A DNA stretch of 32,000 bases from Rubeoparvulum massiliense (lineage in GTDB: Bacteria; Bacillota; Bacilli; Rubeoparvulales; Rubeoparvulaceae). The stretch covers positions 1,154,836 through 1,186,835 of the forward strand of contig NZ_CVPE01000006.1 in NCBI RefSeq assembly GCF_001049895.1, in the 5' to 3' direction. The notes under the pieces are model-generated. The model made no database searches. It was not told where the DNA came from and saw only the letters and a program-made list of their open reading frames with translations. Of the stretch, positions 29,716 through 32,000 are shown piece by piece. Position 1 is the first letter of the stretch. The number at the start of each line of letters is the position of its first letter. The translations under genes were made by a program, and so were the position numbers.

Positions 29716-30770
29716 TTAGCCCGTCAAATTTCGCATTAGCAGTCGAACTTATCCAAGAAGCCCATCAAAATGATGCGCGGCTAGCGAAGGCTTGCGAGGA
29801 ACTTCATATCAGCGTTCGTACCTATGAACGTTGGGTGGCAGAGGGTGGTGTGAAGGTTGATCAGCGCCCTCTTACGAAAAGACCGGTACCGAAGAATAAG
29901 TTGTCTGAGAAAGAAAAAGAAGAAATATTAATGGTTGTCAAACAGGAAGAATACGCCGATTTACTACCGACACAGATCGTACCAAGGCTTGCGGATAAAG
30001 GAACTTATATTGCGTCAGAATCCACCTTTTATCGTGTGTTACGTGAAGAAAAAATGCAACACCATCGTGGTCGTAGTCAAAAGCCTGAGAGAAGAATCCC
30101 TGAGAGTCATCTAGCAACGTCGCCAAACCAAGTGTGGACATGGGATATTACGTGGCTTGGTGGGCCTGTAAAAGGTTTGTATTATCGCCTCTATTTAATT
30201 CTCGATTTATTTAGTAGAAAAGCAGTGGGTTGGGAAGTTTGGGAAACAGAAGAGGCAAAACACGCCGAAACGCTCGTGAAAAAAGCAGTCATCCGTGAAA
30301 AAATCCAAGGGGCACCTCTCGTGTTGCATTCAGATAATGGCAGCCCGATGAAAGCCGAGACATTCTTAAGTTTACTAGAGAAATTGGGCATTCAAAGTTC
30401 CTTTTCAAGACCGCGTGTGAGTAACGATAATCCTTATTCAGAAGCGATGTTTCGAACACTTAAATATCGACCTGATTTCCCACACAAAGGTTTTGCGTCA
30501 CTCGAAGAAGCAAGGAAATGGGCACAGCAATTCGTCCATTGGTACAACGAAATTCACCTGCATCGTGGGCTAAATTTTGTGACGCCTGTGCAGTGTCATA
30601 TTGGAGAACATGTAGCCCTATTGGAAAAGCGAAAAAACGTATATGAAGCAGCGAAGGCAAAGCATCCAGAGCGTTGGGCTCGGAGCACAAGAAATTGGAC
30701 ACCTCATGAACGAGTAGCACTTAATCCCATGCGAGATGAAGAGCAAACCAAAGCACTGAGGAAATCATAA
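29712..30770 (+). CDS. IS3-family OrfB transposase (DDE integrase core)
   Basis: NQVWTWDITWLGG...LILDLFSRKAVGWEV, LHSDNGSPMKAETF, and NDNPYSEAMFRTLKYRPDFP (D, D, E present). ATG 29712 overlaps the orfA stop (ATGA). Confidence 0.93.
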   Translation: MISPSNFALAVELIQEAHQNDARLAKACEELHISVRTYERWVAEGGVKVDQRPLTKRPVPKNKLSEKEKEEILMVVKQEEYADLLPTQIVPRLADKGTYIASESTFYRVLREEKMQHHRGRSQKPERRIPESHLATSPNQVWTWDITWLGGPVKGLYYRLYLILDLFSRKAVGWEVWETEEAKHAETLVKKAVIREKIQGAPLVLHSDNGSPMKAETFLSLLEKLGIQSSFSRPRVSNDNPYSEAMFRTLKYRPDFPHKGFASLEEARKWAQQFVHWYNEIHLHRGLNFVTPVQCHIGEHVALLEKRKNVYEAAKAKHPERWARSTRNWTPHERVALNPMRDEEQTKALRKS

Positions 30771-30786
30771 TATTCCCCATTCTCCT

Positions 30787-30832
30787 GGTGATTTGAATCG
30801 AAAACCCGTTCTTCCTTTCGATTCAAATCACC
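30787..30832 (+). repeat. Perfect 17-bp inverted repeat, 12-nt spacer
   Basis: GGTGATTTGAATCGAAA (30787-30803) / TTTCGATTCAAATCACC (30816-30832). Two further pairs (CC/GG) follow outside one mismatch. Confidence 0.95.
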
Positions 30833-30953
30833 CGGTCAGCAAGCGTAGCGCGGTAGCCTTGACTGAATTTGGGATTTGATGACGATCTATTAAAATACTA
30901 AACTAGCTAAATGCGACAACTATATTGACAAACACTGCTTGGGGGGATGAGTA

Positions 30954-32000
30954 ATGGCAGATTTTATATTAGAAGAACAAATAGAAAATGTAATAAATAA
31001 AACAACAAAAGAATATTTAAAGGAAGTTCTTTCAAGCTATTACAATGGAAATTATAGAGCAGTAGTTGTGGTACTTTATACTATTGTTATTTATGATTTA
31101 TTAAAAAAAATTGTTATTCTAAAAGAAATATATAATGACAAAGGTGCTGAGAAAATAATTGGAGAAATTAAGAAACAACAAAGCAATAATCCAAAAAGTC
31201 CAGAATGGGAAGGCAGTTTGATTGAAGATGTGTACAAAGAAACGAAATTAATATCGGCTGTTGAAAAAGATGAGCTTCTACACCTCAAAAATGAAAGAAA
31301 CTATGCAGCACATCCAATAATAAACATAGATGATGAGAATGAAAAATTAGTACTAAAACAGATTACAAAAGAGACCGCCAGTGATCTAATAAGAAAGGCG
31401 TTTGAAATTGTATTTCTGCGTGATGCAATTCTAGCTAAAAACATTGTTAATGATATTATTTCTGATTTAAATCTATATTATGAAAGAGTAAAGACAGAAG
31501 GATTAGAAAATTATTTAAATACAAAATATTTCCGAAGAATGATTCAAGAGAGAAAAGATAGTTTATTTAAATCGTTGTGGAAATTTGTTTTCATTCTTAG
31601 CGATGATGAATGCAATAAAAATAGAGAATCAAATTACTGGGGACTAGTATTTTTATATAATGAAAATAAAAACCATTACCAGAATTTAATCAAAAAAGAT
31701 AAGGATTACTATTTCAATAAATTGCAATTAGAAACTATAAAAAGCTGGTGTGGGAGCGGAGGAATTGACGTAAACTACGATACTATTATTATGTTTAAAA
31801 GCATAAGTCGAATTACTAATTTAATCAAATTCTTAGAATCTGCTCCAGAAATATATGCGGTACTAAATGACTATGCGAAAAATATATTAAAGCAATCAAT
31901 TAATCATATGTACATCGAAGATGATGTAGTTGAAAAGTCTTTGTATCAGGTCAACAACCAAAATAGCGATTTATTTAAAGAACAGGTAAAATTGAAATCT
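30954..32000 (+). CDS. HEPN-like domain protein, incomplete at the window end (not in ORF track)
   Basis: Manual translation gives 349 open codons to the window edge: MADFILEEQIENVINKTTKEYLKEVLSSYYNGNYRAVVVVLYTIVIYDLLKK...KDELLHLKNERNYAAHPIINIDDENEKLVLKQ... RNYAAH fits the HEPN RNxxxH motif. Confidence 0.8.
   Translation, partial: MADFILEEQIENVINKTTKEYLKEVLSSYYNGNYRAVVVVLYTIVIYDLLKKIVILKEIYNDKGAEKIIGEIKKQQSNNPKSPEWEGSLIEDVYKETKLISAVEKDELLHLKNERNYAAHPIINIDDENEKLVLKQITKETASDLIRKAFEIVFLRDAILAKNIVNDIISDLNLYYERVKTEGLENYLNTKYFRRMIQERKDSLFKSLWKFVFILSDDECNKNRESNYWGLVFLYNENKNHYQNLIKKDKDYYFNKLQLETIKSWCGSGGIDVNYDTIIMFKSISRITNLIKFLESAPEIYAVLNDYAKNILKQSINHMYIEDDVVEKSLYQVNNQNSDLFKEQVKLKS

Larger units (their letters stand above)
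29164..30936 (+). mobile_element. IS3-family insertion sequence (approximate limits)
   Basis: orfA/orfB arrangement with a DDE integrase core in orfB. The ends are estimates based on a weak AGTGTT...AACACT similarity and are not firmly resolved. Confidence 0.6.

Noticed and set aside
31091-31288. Minus-strand 65-aa ORF inside the HEPN-like gene
   Set aside because: The plus strand is open for 349 codons with a recognisable motif. The minus ORF is a chance antisense frame.
24664-32000. CRISPR array, retron or phage att site in the accessory region
   Set aside because: I saw no regularly spaced repeats, reverse transcriptase motif, integrase, or tRNA with flanking direct repeats in this stretch.

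Overview
The window is a Bacillota (Bacillus-like) chromosome segment in two parts. Positions 1-23.75 kb are conserved housekeeping genes: a TrkH/KtrB-type transporter C-terminus, SPFH and RHH genes, a YjcG-like 2H protein, a DUF3153-like lipoprotein, a PHP phosphoesterase, fabI, a YtxK-like methyltransferase, surE, DUF2953/YtfI and GerW/YtfJ genes, an SLH+3D protein, an M24 peptidase, a UgtP/MGDG-synthase-like glycosyltransferase, a YkoP-like protein, an NT5C-like nucleotidase, DUF1540, YtpR, fabG, an EzrA-like protein, RefZ, an AtuA pair, a GAF/GGDEF protein (YtrP-like) and rpsD. From about 23.75 kb to the window end, just after the rpsD terminator, lies an AT-rich accessory segment. It holds a decayed IS4-type transposase, a two-gene operon (DUF262 protein plus a protein with a HEPN-like RNxxxH motif), a frameshifted IS256-type element, a decayed gene fragment, an IS3-type element with an in-frame stop in orfA, and a second HEPN-like ORF. 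That last ORF (30954 to >32000) has no stop in the window and is absent from the supplied ORF track. The most interesting candidates are: (1) the DUF262+HEPN operon and the second HEPN-like gene nearby, a plausible defence island; and (2) an EzrA-like protein with an extra extracytoplasmic TPM-like domain at its N-terminus. All family assignments come from motif and sequence recognition, not from database searches.
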